This document shows positions 57,058 through 64,000 of a DNA stretch of 64,000 nucleotides, in pieces. A program made the position numbers and the translations under genes. The stretch spans positions 12,123-76,122 of the forward strand of contig JAFZZR010000062.1 of the NCBI GenBank assembly GCA_017615635.1, read 5' to 3'. The notes under the pieces were generated by a model. It saw nothing but the letters and a program-made list of their open reading frames with translations, did not search any database and had not been told where the DNA came from. Position 1 is the stretch's first letter. Each line of letters opens with the position of its first letter. This stretch comes from Lentisphaeria bacterium. Lineage in GTDB: Bacteria; Verrucomicrobiota; Lentisphaeria; Victivallales; UBA1829.

Positions 57058-57728
57058 TCTTCCGTCTCCTTGTTCTTTTTCTTCTTCTTTCCGCCGGACG
57101 CCGCCTTTTCCTTCGCCTTTCTCAACTCTTCCGCCTGTTTTTCCCGGTACCACTTGATGTATTCTTTTCTGCGGCGTTCCCGGTTTTTCGCCGCTATGGC
57201 GGAAAGATCTTCCGAGGAAAGTTTTTTCGGCGGCTTCGACATTATCGCAAGCGTTTCCGCCGCCGCCCGTTCCCAGGCTCTCTTCGCCGCTTGGTAGTTC
57301 CGCTCCTCACAAAGTATTTTTATGCCGTTCAGTGTTTCCACCGAACTTTGAAGGGGCAGAGCCGCATTGAAGATTTTTTCGTACCAGGAACGGGGAAGAC
57401 GGGATACTTCCTCCAGATCGGGATCTGTTGCCAGATCGCGCAGACTCATCAGCTTCGTCCGGACATCGCCAATGGTTATGTTGTCGAAGTCTTTCGCCCG
57501 TTTCTGAAACTCCGCACCCGAGGCGGGCAGCTGTATGGCTTCCAGCCAATTCCTGAATTCCTTCAGCTTGCCGGAGAAATCCTCCGGTTTGTAGTAAGGC
57601 CGCAAAGCTTCCGAGGGAACTCTGATCTCCTCACTCCTCCCCGATCCCTGCGCAAACAGAGCCGTATTCGGCAGTATCGCCGGGAGGACAATAAGAAGAA
57701 GTACGATTCCCGATCTGTTAATCTTCAT
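57054..57728 (-). CDS. Hypothetical secreted protein with Lys-rich tail, embedded in the pseudopilin operon
   Basis: Signal peptide MKINRSGIVLLLIVLPAILPNTALFAQG. C-terminus ...RKAKEKAASGGKKKKKNKETEE. Overlaps both neighbours. Confidence 0.6.
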   Translation of the reverse strand: MKINRSGIVLLLIVLPAILPNTALFAQGSGRSEEIRVPSEALRPYYKPEDFSGKLKEFRNWLEAIQLPASGAEFQKRAKDFDNITIGDVRTKLMSLRDLATDPDLEEVSRLPRSWYEKIFNAALPLQSSVETLNGIKILCEERNYQAAKRAWERAAAETLAIMSKPPKKLSSEDLSAIAAKNRERRRKEYIKWYREKQAEELRKAKEKAASGGKKKKKNKETEE

Positions 57729-60723
57729 ATTTCACCTGAATAATCTTCCATTTTCCCGCAACATGATCATACAGAAGGCGCGCTACCATCTTGGTCTCGC
57801 CCGTGATCCGGTCCGCACCGTTATCATAGCGCCCATAATGTGCGGTAATCTCGTCCCCGGGCAAAGTCGGAGTCGAGAAGAATCCCGGATCTTCGGGATC
57901 CGCGCTGGCTCCGCTGCTTTCCTTGTAGAAATAGTAGCCGGCTTCCTGTTTTTTCTTGCTGCTGTCCGTATTCCAGGTGCGGTACACCACGGCGCCTCCG
58001 CCCAGGTCCTGAATGGATTGCGCCAGCACGATGACGGTGGCGGAATCGGGCGCCGAATTCACCGTGGTGAGACCGATGATGCGCCCCATCAGCTGCTCCT
58101 GTTCCGCATCCTTATTCAAAGCCGTCGTACCGTCCCGGGGATCTTTTTCGATCAGATTCCAGAAATCGGTGTGGCTGGAGCCCGTCTGGTATATATCGGA
58201 CCGTCTGTACAGAACGCGGTGATCCGCGCCGGACGTGTCGAAGGCCTTTCCCAGACCGTCGGCCAGACGCTGCGCCGCCGTCCCGTCCAGGGCCGCCGTA
58301 GTCGTCCTTGCATAATCGCCGTCCGTCGCCCAGGGCATTCCGCGGAACAGGGAATCGAAAGTGAACTTGCGAATCCCCGTATTGGGCGCGTAGAGATTGA
58401 TCCTTCCGAACAGGCCGACCGGGACATACGATGTCTTACTGCCCTGTATGGTCACCTGATCCAGAATCCGGAAATCGCCTTTGCCGTATGCTCCGCCGCC
58501 CGCGGTCGTCAAATTGGTGGTCAGGGTGTCGGAACACGATCCCGGCTTCTTCAGATTGATGGTCTGCCAGGGCGCCGCCCGGTGGATCGCTCCCAGCTCC
58601 CACAGGGACTGCATGGGCGCATGCCGGATATAGGCGGTGGAAATGGATTTGTTCGCCGGATCCGTCGCTGTCTCTTTATCCATGTCCCAGCCGTTCTCGG
58701 CGCTCCATGAGGCTTCGGAGGAAGTTACGCCCGAATTTGCCGATCCCAGAGTACCGGAATCCGACACGGCCCAGTCCGCCGCATGGAGATTGTGTCTTGG
58801 ATCGTCTGCCACGATATATTTTTTCAGTACAGGATTGTCTGCGGGTACAGCAGTAAGCGTTTGCTCCGCATTGATGGTGATATCGGGCAGCTGGGCATAG
58901 TCCACAAGTTCCTTCAAACCCGTCTTCGCTCTCCTGACCATGAGCCGGAAGTTTTTTATCTTGATGTTCTTGACTTTGAAAAGTCCCAGACCGGCTATAT
59001 CCGCTTGAGACGGAGAGTTCGTGCTCCAGCCGAAATTGCCGGGAACTTCCACTTCTCTTTGCGCGACATAGGCTTTATCGGAACTCTTTGAAACCTTAAA
59101 TGTCTGGTAGTATGTTGTGCTTGTTTCAGGTGTCGGATAACAGCTCGTGGTGGAAGGCTTCCGCGCCAGCGTCTGGTGCTGGTGTCCTGTGCCGTCGATG
59201 CTGAACTCACTGTATGTTCCATAGCCCGAACCGGAAGTGTTTGTAAAGAACGGAGCGGTTGTATTTCCCGTGGCGGAGCTGGACATGTTTTGGGCAAACT
59301 GGAATTCGTAGTCCAGATATCCTTCCACCGAATATGTTCCGTCGAGGACATCGGAGCCGAACATGTTGATGAGTTCCGGGAGGACATAGAGCCGGATCAG
59401 AAGTTTGTTTTTCGACGATCCGTCGCCAAAAGAGAACCATTCACCGACTTTCACGCCGGATCCGTTTTTGACGTCATGCTTTTTTGCCGCCCCCTTCTGG
59501 AACTCGATTTCAAGAACGAGACCGCATTCATTCAGGTACCATGTACGTTTGTTCCCCGTGTAGGTGGGGGCCAGACCATCCCGCCAAGGCATATTGTCAT
59601 TTCCTTCGCTGTTGGGAATTATGGGGTCCCGATCGGACACTACCGGCGAATCCTCGGATGCGCAGTAGTTGATGAGGTTGGCCGCGATCTGCTTGCCTTT
59701 TGTCGCGTTATCGGGCCAGTTCCCGGAGTTCTCGGACCAGTTGTTCAGCCAGGGGATGCCGGCGGTATTCGATGCCTTGGGCACTCCGGATTCGTAGAAG
59801 GCCACGGCGGATCCGGAACCGGACGGGTTCAAAATCTCATTGACCGCACTGTCGCCGTCTCCGCTTTTTTCTGCAATGGCATCCCACTGGGTCTCCGTCT
59901 TGTTGAGGAGAAAGCGCTGATAGTATTCGTTTTTGTCTTTGACCCCATTGCTGTTTACATCGCCGCCGAACCAGGCGTCGGATTCGTCAAGGGAGGAGGC
60001 GCGGGAAACGGTAAACAAGGAATTGACCCGGTTCAGTGCGCTTGCCCAGCTGCCCGATACGGAAAGGCCGGACGTGAGCAGGTCTTCCGGACTGTTATAC
60101 TGACGGATCTTGCCGCCGGATGTGACCGCCTGAAGTTTTTCCGCGCAAAGATTTTCGCCGGCGAGCTTGACGTTGGAGAATTTATCGGGATCGAACTGCA
60201 GTTCGACGGCGGTGTTGCCGAGCCGCTGCGCCCGGAGACATCCGGCACCGCCGTCGCAGGAGGTTCCGGCCGAACAGAGGCTGTGGTCCAGTATGGCATT
60301 GAGATTCAGGCGTTTTTCTCCGATGATGATATAGGCGTAACGACCGATGATGTGCCCCCTGGAATCACGGACATACTGCCAGCGGACAGGACAGCTCCCG
60401 TCCCTCTGGAGAATGTGTTTTTCCGGATCCAGTTTCCAGAGCCAGTCGTAATCGTTATCTCCCGCGAGACCGGAGTAGAATCCGGTTCCGAAGGCTGCGT
60501 TTTTCTTGAGCTGCAGGAGAGCACGGCCGAAGGCGGACTGAGCCAGATCCTTTGCCTCGCTGTAGTGGGAATAGGCGGATGCCACTTTCCGGTCGATGAC
60601 GGCCCGCTGGGAGAAGATGAGAACCGCGACGATGACCAGGGAGAGGATCCCCAGGGCGAACATGACGGCGATGCCTCGGCGGGAAGCCCTGCATGTTTTG
60701 TGAAGAACGGGATTGTATCTCAT
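57718..60723 (-). CDS. Giant GspK-like minor pseudopilin (1001 aa)
   Basis: Start at MRYNPVL (AAGGAA RBS). N-terminal RRGIAVMFALGILSLVIVAVLIF lacks Glu+5, as in GspK. YAYIIIGEKRLNLNAIL resembles the GspK '...NLN' motif. The remaining about 800 aa are unassigned. Confidence 0.65.
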   Translation of the reverse strand: MRYNPVLHKTCRASRRGIAVMFALGILSLVIVAVLIFSQRAVIDRKVASAYSHYSEAKDLAQSAFGRALLQLKKNAAFGTGFYSGLAGDNDYDWLWKLDPEKHILQRDGSCPVRWQYVRDSRGHIIGRYAYIIIGEKRLNLNAILDHSLCSAGTSCDGGAGCLRAQRLGNTAVELQFDPDKFSNVKLAGENLCAEKLQAVTSGGKIRQYNSPEDLLTSGLSVSGSWASALNRVNSLFTVSRASSLDESDAWFGGDVNSNGVKDKNEYYQRFLLNKTETQWDAIAEKSGDGDSAVNEILNPSGSGSAVAFYESGVPKASNTAGIPWLNNWSENSGNWPDNATKGKQIAANLINYCASEDSPVVSDRDPIIPNSEGNDNMPWRDGLAPTYTGNKRTWYLNECGLVLEIEFQKGAAKKHDVKNGSGVKVGEWFSFGDGSSKNKLLIRLYVLPELINMFGSDVLDGTYSVEGYLDYEFQFAQNMSSSATGNTTAPFFTNTSGSGYGTYSEFSIDGTGHQHQTLARKPSTTSCYPTPETSTTYYQTFKVSKSSDKAYVAQREVEVPGNFGWSTNSPSQADIAGLGLFKVKNIKIKNFRLMVRRAKTGLKELVDYAQLPDITINAEQTLTAVPADNPVLKKYIVADDPRHNLHAADWAVSDSGTLGSANSGVTSSEASWSAENGWDMDKETATDPANKSISTAYIRHAPMQSLWELGAIHRAAPWQTINLKKPGSCSDTLTTNLTTAGGGAYGKGDFRILDQVTIQGSKTSYVPVGLFGRINLYAPNTGIRKFTFDSLFRGMPWATDGDYARTTTAALDGTAAQRLADGLGKAFDTSGADHRVLYRRSDIYQTGSSHTDFWNLIEKDPRDGTTALNKDAEQEQLMGRIIGLTTVNSAPDSATVIVLAQSIQDLGGGAVVYRTWNTDSSKKKQEAGYYFYKESSGASADPEDPGFFSTPTLPGDEITAHYGRYDNGADRITGETKMVARLLYDHVAGKWKIIQVKYED

Positions 60724-60748
60724 AGTTCGGTTCCTTGGTTTTTCAGCC

Positions 60749-61474
60749 TCAGTATTGCCCTCGGTCAATCTCCACGATCCGGAAGAAGGACCTGCATTTA
60801 TCCTTGACCGCCTGCGATGAAGGCTTCAGCGCGTCCGGCACTTTGTCACTGCCGAAAACTTTCACGGCATTCTTGTACGCCTCCACGGAATCACCGTCCA
60901 TCAGCTCCAGTTCGATCTGCACATAGTCCGGAATCCGTCGCGCCCCTGTGTTTGCGGAAGTAAATTCGGTAAGAGTCGTGATCTCACTTCCATCCCTCTT
61001 GTGCGGCGCCACGCGGAAATGAACGACGCCCTCCGCAAGAGTACCCAGACTGCCGGAAGCAAGAGGCGAGCAGGAAGCCGGAATATGATCCTCGTCGGCG
61101 ACTCCCATCTTGAGCTCATAATTGTCCGTGTCGTAGTGATAGGTGACGAAAGCGAGATCGGTCTTCGTATTTCCCTGCGTGTAGGGACGGAGAACAGGGA
61201 AAGCGAGACTCGTCGTGTTTGCACCGGATCCGCTTCCCGTGTTCGTCTGGTTGTAGACAACGGTACTCAACCCCTCGGTGTAGTAAATGCTCTGGAGATC
61301 GCTGGCCAGCAGATCCATGATGACGCGGGCCCGTTCGAACTGGTCGGTCTTGCTGGTGGACCGGTTCATGACGTCCTGAGAGGCGTTGTAGAAACGCATG
61401 ACGAACAGCATGAAGATCATGAGCACGGCCATGGCCGCAGAAAGCTCCAGGAGGGTGAAAGGTTTTCTTTTCAT
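60749..61474 (-). CDS. GspJ-like minor pseudopilin
   Basis: MKRKPFTLLELSAAMAVLMIFMLFVM (prepilin-type N-terminus, Glu+5). 241 aa. Overlaps the upstream gene by 4 nt. Confidence 0.65.
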   Translation of the reverse strand: MKRKPFTLLELSAAMAVLMIFMLFVMRFYNASQDVMNRSTSKTDQFERARVIMDLLASDLQSIYYTEGLSTVVYNQTNTGSGSGANTTSLAFPVLRPYTQGNTKTDLAFVTYHYDTDNYELKMGVADEDHIPASCSPLASGSLGTLAEGVVHFRVAPHKRDGSEITTLTEFTSANTGARRIPDYVQIELELMDGDSVEAYKNAVKVFGSDKVPDALKPSSQAVKDKCRSFFRIVEIDRGQY

Positions 61475-62109
61475 GGTACAGCCTCCTCAACGTCCGCCTT
61501 CGCGTTATAGAACTCGCGGACGAAGATTCGTTTTTCCCGTTTGTCATAGGCGGTGCGTACCGGCCAGCTGACTTCCAGATAGACCCGGACAAGATCCGTC
61601 TGATCGCCCTCCGCATCGGCAATATCCTTGGGAAAGCATTTCCAGCCGCAGAGATCGGCTTCGAAATCGGGCAGGGTGGAATCCTTTTTCCCGACACGGA
61701 CTTTCATATATCTTTTCCCGGAGGCGGTTGTGTTCGGATCGTTAGGGAAATTGACTCCCTCTTTCTCAAGTGCGGCACTGACCGTTTCCGTCCAGGGGGC
61801 AATATCGGAGACGGGGTTTGCGTACACGTCATAGGAGGGTCCTCCCGATTCCGGAGTGACATTTGTCGGTGTGGTGACTTCCTCAAAAGGAATGGTGGAA
61901 ACGAAAGAGGCAAAACTGTCGGCTCCTGCCGCCTGGATATTGAGGGTCGCGAAATAGGAATTTGCGATATCGGCGACGAAAGACTCGGCCATGGCGTCGC
62001 GGTTGGCGTTGAGGCCGAGGGGGATAATGCCCATGAGGCCGGTGATGCCGACGGCGGTGATGGCGAGGGCGAGGAGGACCTCGATCATATTGAAGAACCG
62101 GAGTTTCAT
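61471..62109 (-). CDS. GspI-like minor pseudopilin
   Basis: Start at MKLRFFNMIEVLLALAITAVGITGLMGIIPLG (prepilin-type N-terminus, Glu+5). First gene of the operon. Confidence 0.65.
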   Translation of the reverse strand: MKLRFFNMIEVLLALAITAVGITGLMGIIPLGLNANRDAMAESFVADIANSYFATLNIQAAGADSFASFVSTIPFEEVTTPTNVTPESGGPSYDVYANPVSDIAPWTETVSAALEKEGVNFPNDPNTTASGKRYMKVRVGKKDSTLPDFEADLCGWKCFPKDIADAEGDQTDLVRVYLEVSWPVRTAYDKREKRIFVREFYNAKADVEEAVP

Positions 62110-62468
62110 GGCTGCATATTCTCCTGAAATACTGATAAAGACAACATAATCCGTCAACTTGTAACTTATATCCTTTTTTCCGTCTTTCAAGTGAATAAAG
62201 GAGAAAAAAGCAAAAAAAGCGGACAAAGGGCCCCTGCCGGTGGATGTTTTTTGCGGAAAACTTGCATGTGCGTGTTGATTTCCGGGAGTTTCGGCAGTAT
62301 TTTATATAAGAGGCAGCGTCAAAAGTCTTGCGCATGACTTTTGAAATTACCTCGTGAGACATGCTCTGCCGGACGGATCGTCCGCCGTGTTCTTTGGATC
62401 ATCGGGATCAGGCCGTCCGGCGTCGGAGAGCGCAGGGAAAGAGCTTCTGAATCGGAGACCGAGACCAG

Positions 62469-63683
62469 ATGAAAGAGGAATTTGATACGATCGAGAGCGT
62501 TCTGGAAGACGTTCGGGCAGGGAAACTGATCATTCTGACCGACGACGAACAGAGGGAGAACGAGGGTGACCTGATGTGCGCGGCGGAAAAAGTGACGCCG
62601 GAACTCATCAACTTCATGATCACCCATGCCCGTGGCCTGGTGTGCGCACCCATCACGGAAGCAAGAGCAAAGGAACTCGGCATCTTCCGTCCGCCTTCCA
62701 CCGATCACTTCAAGACCGCCTTCACGGAAAGTCTGGATGCCTTGACCGGCGGGACCACGGGGATCAGCGCCTTCGACCGGGCCAACACGATCCGCCGTCT
62801 TCTGGATCCCGGCGCGAAACGGTCGGATTTCGGGATCCCGGGCCACATCTTTCCCATCGCGGCGAGACCCGGCGGAGTGCTGCAGCGGACCGGCCATACG
62901 GAAGGATCCACGGATCTGGCGAGACTTGCGGGCCTGGCGCCCGCGGGGGTGATCTGCGAGATCACGAAAGACGACGGGACCATGGCGCGCCTGGACGATC
63001 TCATGGAATTCAAGAAAAAGTACGGGCTGAAGATCTGTACCATCGCGGATATCGTGGCGTACCGGAGGAAAACGGAACGGCTCATAGAAAAGGAGTCCGA
63101 GGCGGCGCTGCCCACGAAATACGGTGACTTCCGTCTCTCCGTCTACCGTTCGAAGCTGGACGGCATGGCGCATCTGGCCCTGGTCATGGGCGATGTGACA
63201 ACGCCGGAACCCGTGCTGGTCCGTGTACACAGCGAATGCCTCACGGGCGATGTGTTCGGCTCGGCGCGATGCGACTGCGGCGATCAGCTTCACGAGGCCA
63301 TGCGGCGTATTGCGGCGGAAGGACGCGGCGTGCTGGTGTACATGCGTCAGGAGGGCCGCGGCATCGGACTGGAGAACAAGATCCGGGCCTATCAGCTTCA
63401 GGATCAGGGATACGACACCGTGGAGGCGAATCTGAAGCTCGGTTTCCCCGCGGACCTGCGGGAATACGGACTGGGCGCGCAGATTCTTCTGGACCTGGGC
63501 GTCCGGAGCGTGCGTCTTCTGACGAACAATCCGAAGAAGCTGGTGGGAATCGACGGATACGGGTTGAAGATCGTGAAGCGGGAGGCGATCGAGATCCCGC
63601 CGCAGGCGCATGATCTCCGCTATCTGGAGACGAAGAAGGAGAAGATGGGGCATCTTCTGAATCTGGGCGGGGGTGTGAAATAA
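62469..63683 (+). CDS. ribBA: Bifunctional 3,4-dihydroxy-2-butanone-4-phosphate synthase / GTP cyclohydrolase II
   Basis: [35 protein letters not shown], then [24 protein letters not shown] and [20 protein letters not shown]. Confidence 0.95.
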   Translation: MKEEFDTIESVLEDVRAGKLIILTDDEQRENEGDLMCAAEKVTPELINFMITHARGLVCAPITEARAKELGIFRPPSTDHFKTAFTESLDALTGGTTGISAFDRANTIRRLLDPGAKRSDFGIPGHIFPIAARPGGVLQRTGHTEGSTDLARLAGLAPAGVICEITKDDGTMARLDDLMEFKKKYGLKICTIADIVAYRRKTERLIEKESEAALPTKYGDFRLSVYRSKLDGMAHLALVMGDVTTPEPVLVRVHSECLTGDVFGSARCDCGDQLHEAMRRIAAEGRGVLVYMRQEGRGIGLENKIRAYQLQDQGYDTVEANLKLGFPADLREYGLGAQILLDLGVRSVRLLTNNPKKLVGIDGYGLKIVKREAIEIPPQAHDLRYLETKKEKMGHLLNLGGGVK

Positions 63684-63751
63684 AGGGTGCGGAGGAAACA
63701 GACACGACAGTCGACAATCATACAATAATTGAAGAACAAAGGAGTCGGACC

Positions 63752-64000
63752 ATGGAAAAAACAGTGAAAAACGTGCTGGAAGGAAAGCTGGATGCTTCCG
63801 GGTTGAAAATCGCCATCGTCTGCGCGAGATTCAATGAATTCTTCGTCAGCAAACTTCTGGGCGGCGCCATGGATTCCATCGTTCGCCACGGCGGCAGCGC
63901 GGAGAATGTCACGGTGGCCTGGGTGCCGGGCTCGTACGAGCTCCCCTTCGGAGTCAGTCAGCTGCTGAAGAGCGGAAAGTTCGACGCGGCTATCGCCATC
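63752..64000 (+). CDS. ribH: 6,7-dimethyl-8-ribityllumazine synthase (5' part, runs off the window)
   Basis: AAGGAG RBS. LKIAIVCARFNEFFVSKLLGGAMDSIVRHG...VAWVPGSYELP. Confidence 0.9.
   Translation, partial: MEKTVKNVLEGKLDASGLKIAIVCARFNEFFVSKLLGGAMDSIVRHGGSAENVTVAWVPGSYELPFGVSQLLKSGKFDAAIAI

Noticed and set aside
228-63725. Many other long antisense or shadow ORFs in the track. Examples: 228..1649 -, 11642..13363 -, 13179..15674 -, 15752..16981 -, 18589..20139 -, 21073..22662 -, 24056..25315 -, 25355..26698 +, 28077..29984 -, 30070..31482 -, 32121..34283 -, 42308..44131 -, 46759..47880 -, 47334..48578 -, 49935..51005 +, 51045..52640 +, 54485..56440 +, 59176..60807 +, 62319..63725 -
   Set aside because: The reasoning is the same. 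Each is opposite or out of frame to a gene with strong family signatures, has a biased Arg/Pro/Gly composition, and lacks RBS and start context.
1-64000. Search by eye for rRNA, tRNA (T-loop GGTTCGAATCC-like motifs in the larger gaps 17666-18044, 27656-27923, 53868-54064 and 62110-62468), CRISPR repeats, transposase or integrase genes, and flanking direct repeats of the low-GC islet
   Set aside because: None recognised. The intergenic gaps are short and are occupied by promoter or terminator-like sequence. A tRNAscan, Infernal or repeat-finder run would be needed to exclude small or degenerate elements.

Overview
Densely packed chromosomal window with about 50 protein genes. It comes from a GC-rich bacterium: my hand count of 14401-14500 gives 63% GC. 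The gene content points to the PVC superphylum (Lentisphaerota, Kiritimatiellota or Verrucomicrobiota-like), but this is inference only. That content includes prepilin-like H-X9-DG proteins, DUF4838-type enzymes, T2SS-type minor pseudopilins, several SPFH proteins and an Rnf complex. Layout by region: (i) 0.3-11.6 kb is a glycan-utilisation locus. It holds a clan GH-A hydrolase, GH28, a GH4 remnant and a LacI regulator. It also holds two inverted copies of a two-gene cassette, a prepilin-like H-X9-DG protein followed by a DUF4838-like enzyme. (ii) 11.8-13.3 kb is a solitary ABC-type ATPase fused to a Toprim/DUF4435-like domain (OLD/PARIS-like defence candidate). It sits behind a near-consensus promoter that would give an almost leaderless mRNA. 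(iii) 13.3-17.7 kb is an ABC importer. (iv) 17.7-18.7 kb is a low-GC islet with higBA and a small membrane ORF. (v) 18.9-27.7 kb holds a ceramidase-like protein, GH130, ychF, a secreted trypsin-like protease with a DnaJ-type zinc finger, and carboxynorspermidine dehydrogenase plus decarboxylase. (vi) 27.9-43.9 kb is a 16-kb co-directional array: three SPFH paralogs, a P1B metal ATPase, an ABC-2 module, dnaE and a secreted unknown. (vii) 43.9-48.6 kb holds envelope and lipid genes (GT4, BamD-like, LptE-like, plsY, gpsA). (viii) 48.6-53.9 kb is rnfABCDGE. (ix) 54.1-62.1 kb is an operon of GspI/J/K/H-like minor pseudopilins, with a 1001-aa GspK-like protein, ending in a zinc-ribbon Ser/Thr kinase and a clear intrinsic terminator. 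(x) 62.5-64.0 kb is ribBA-ribH. I recognised no rRNA, tRNA, CRISPR array, transposase or integrase by eye. The best candidates for new biology are the duplicated pseudopilin-like plus DUF4838 cassette, the ATPase-Toprim-like fusion, and the pseudopilin-kinase operon. All functional calls rest on motif recognition from the translated ORFs. No database search was run.
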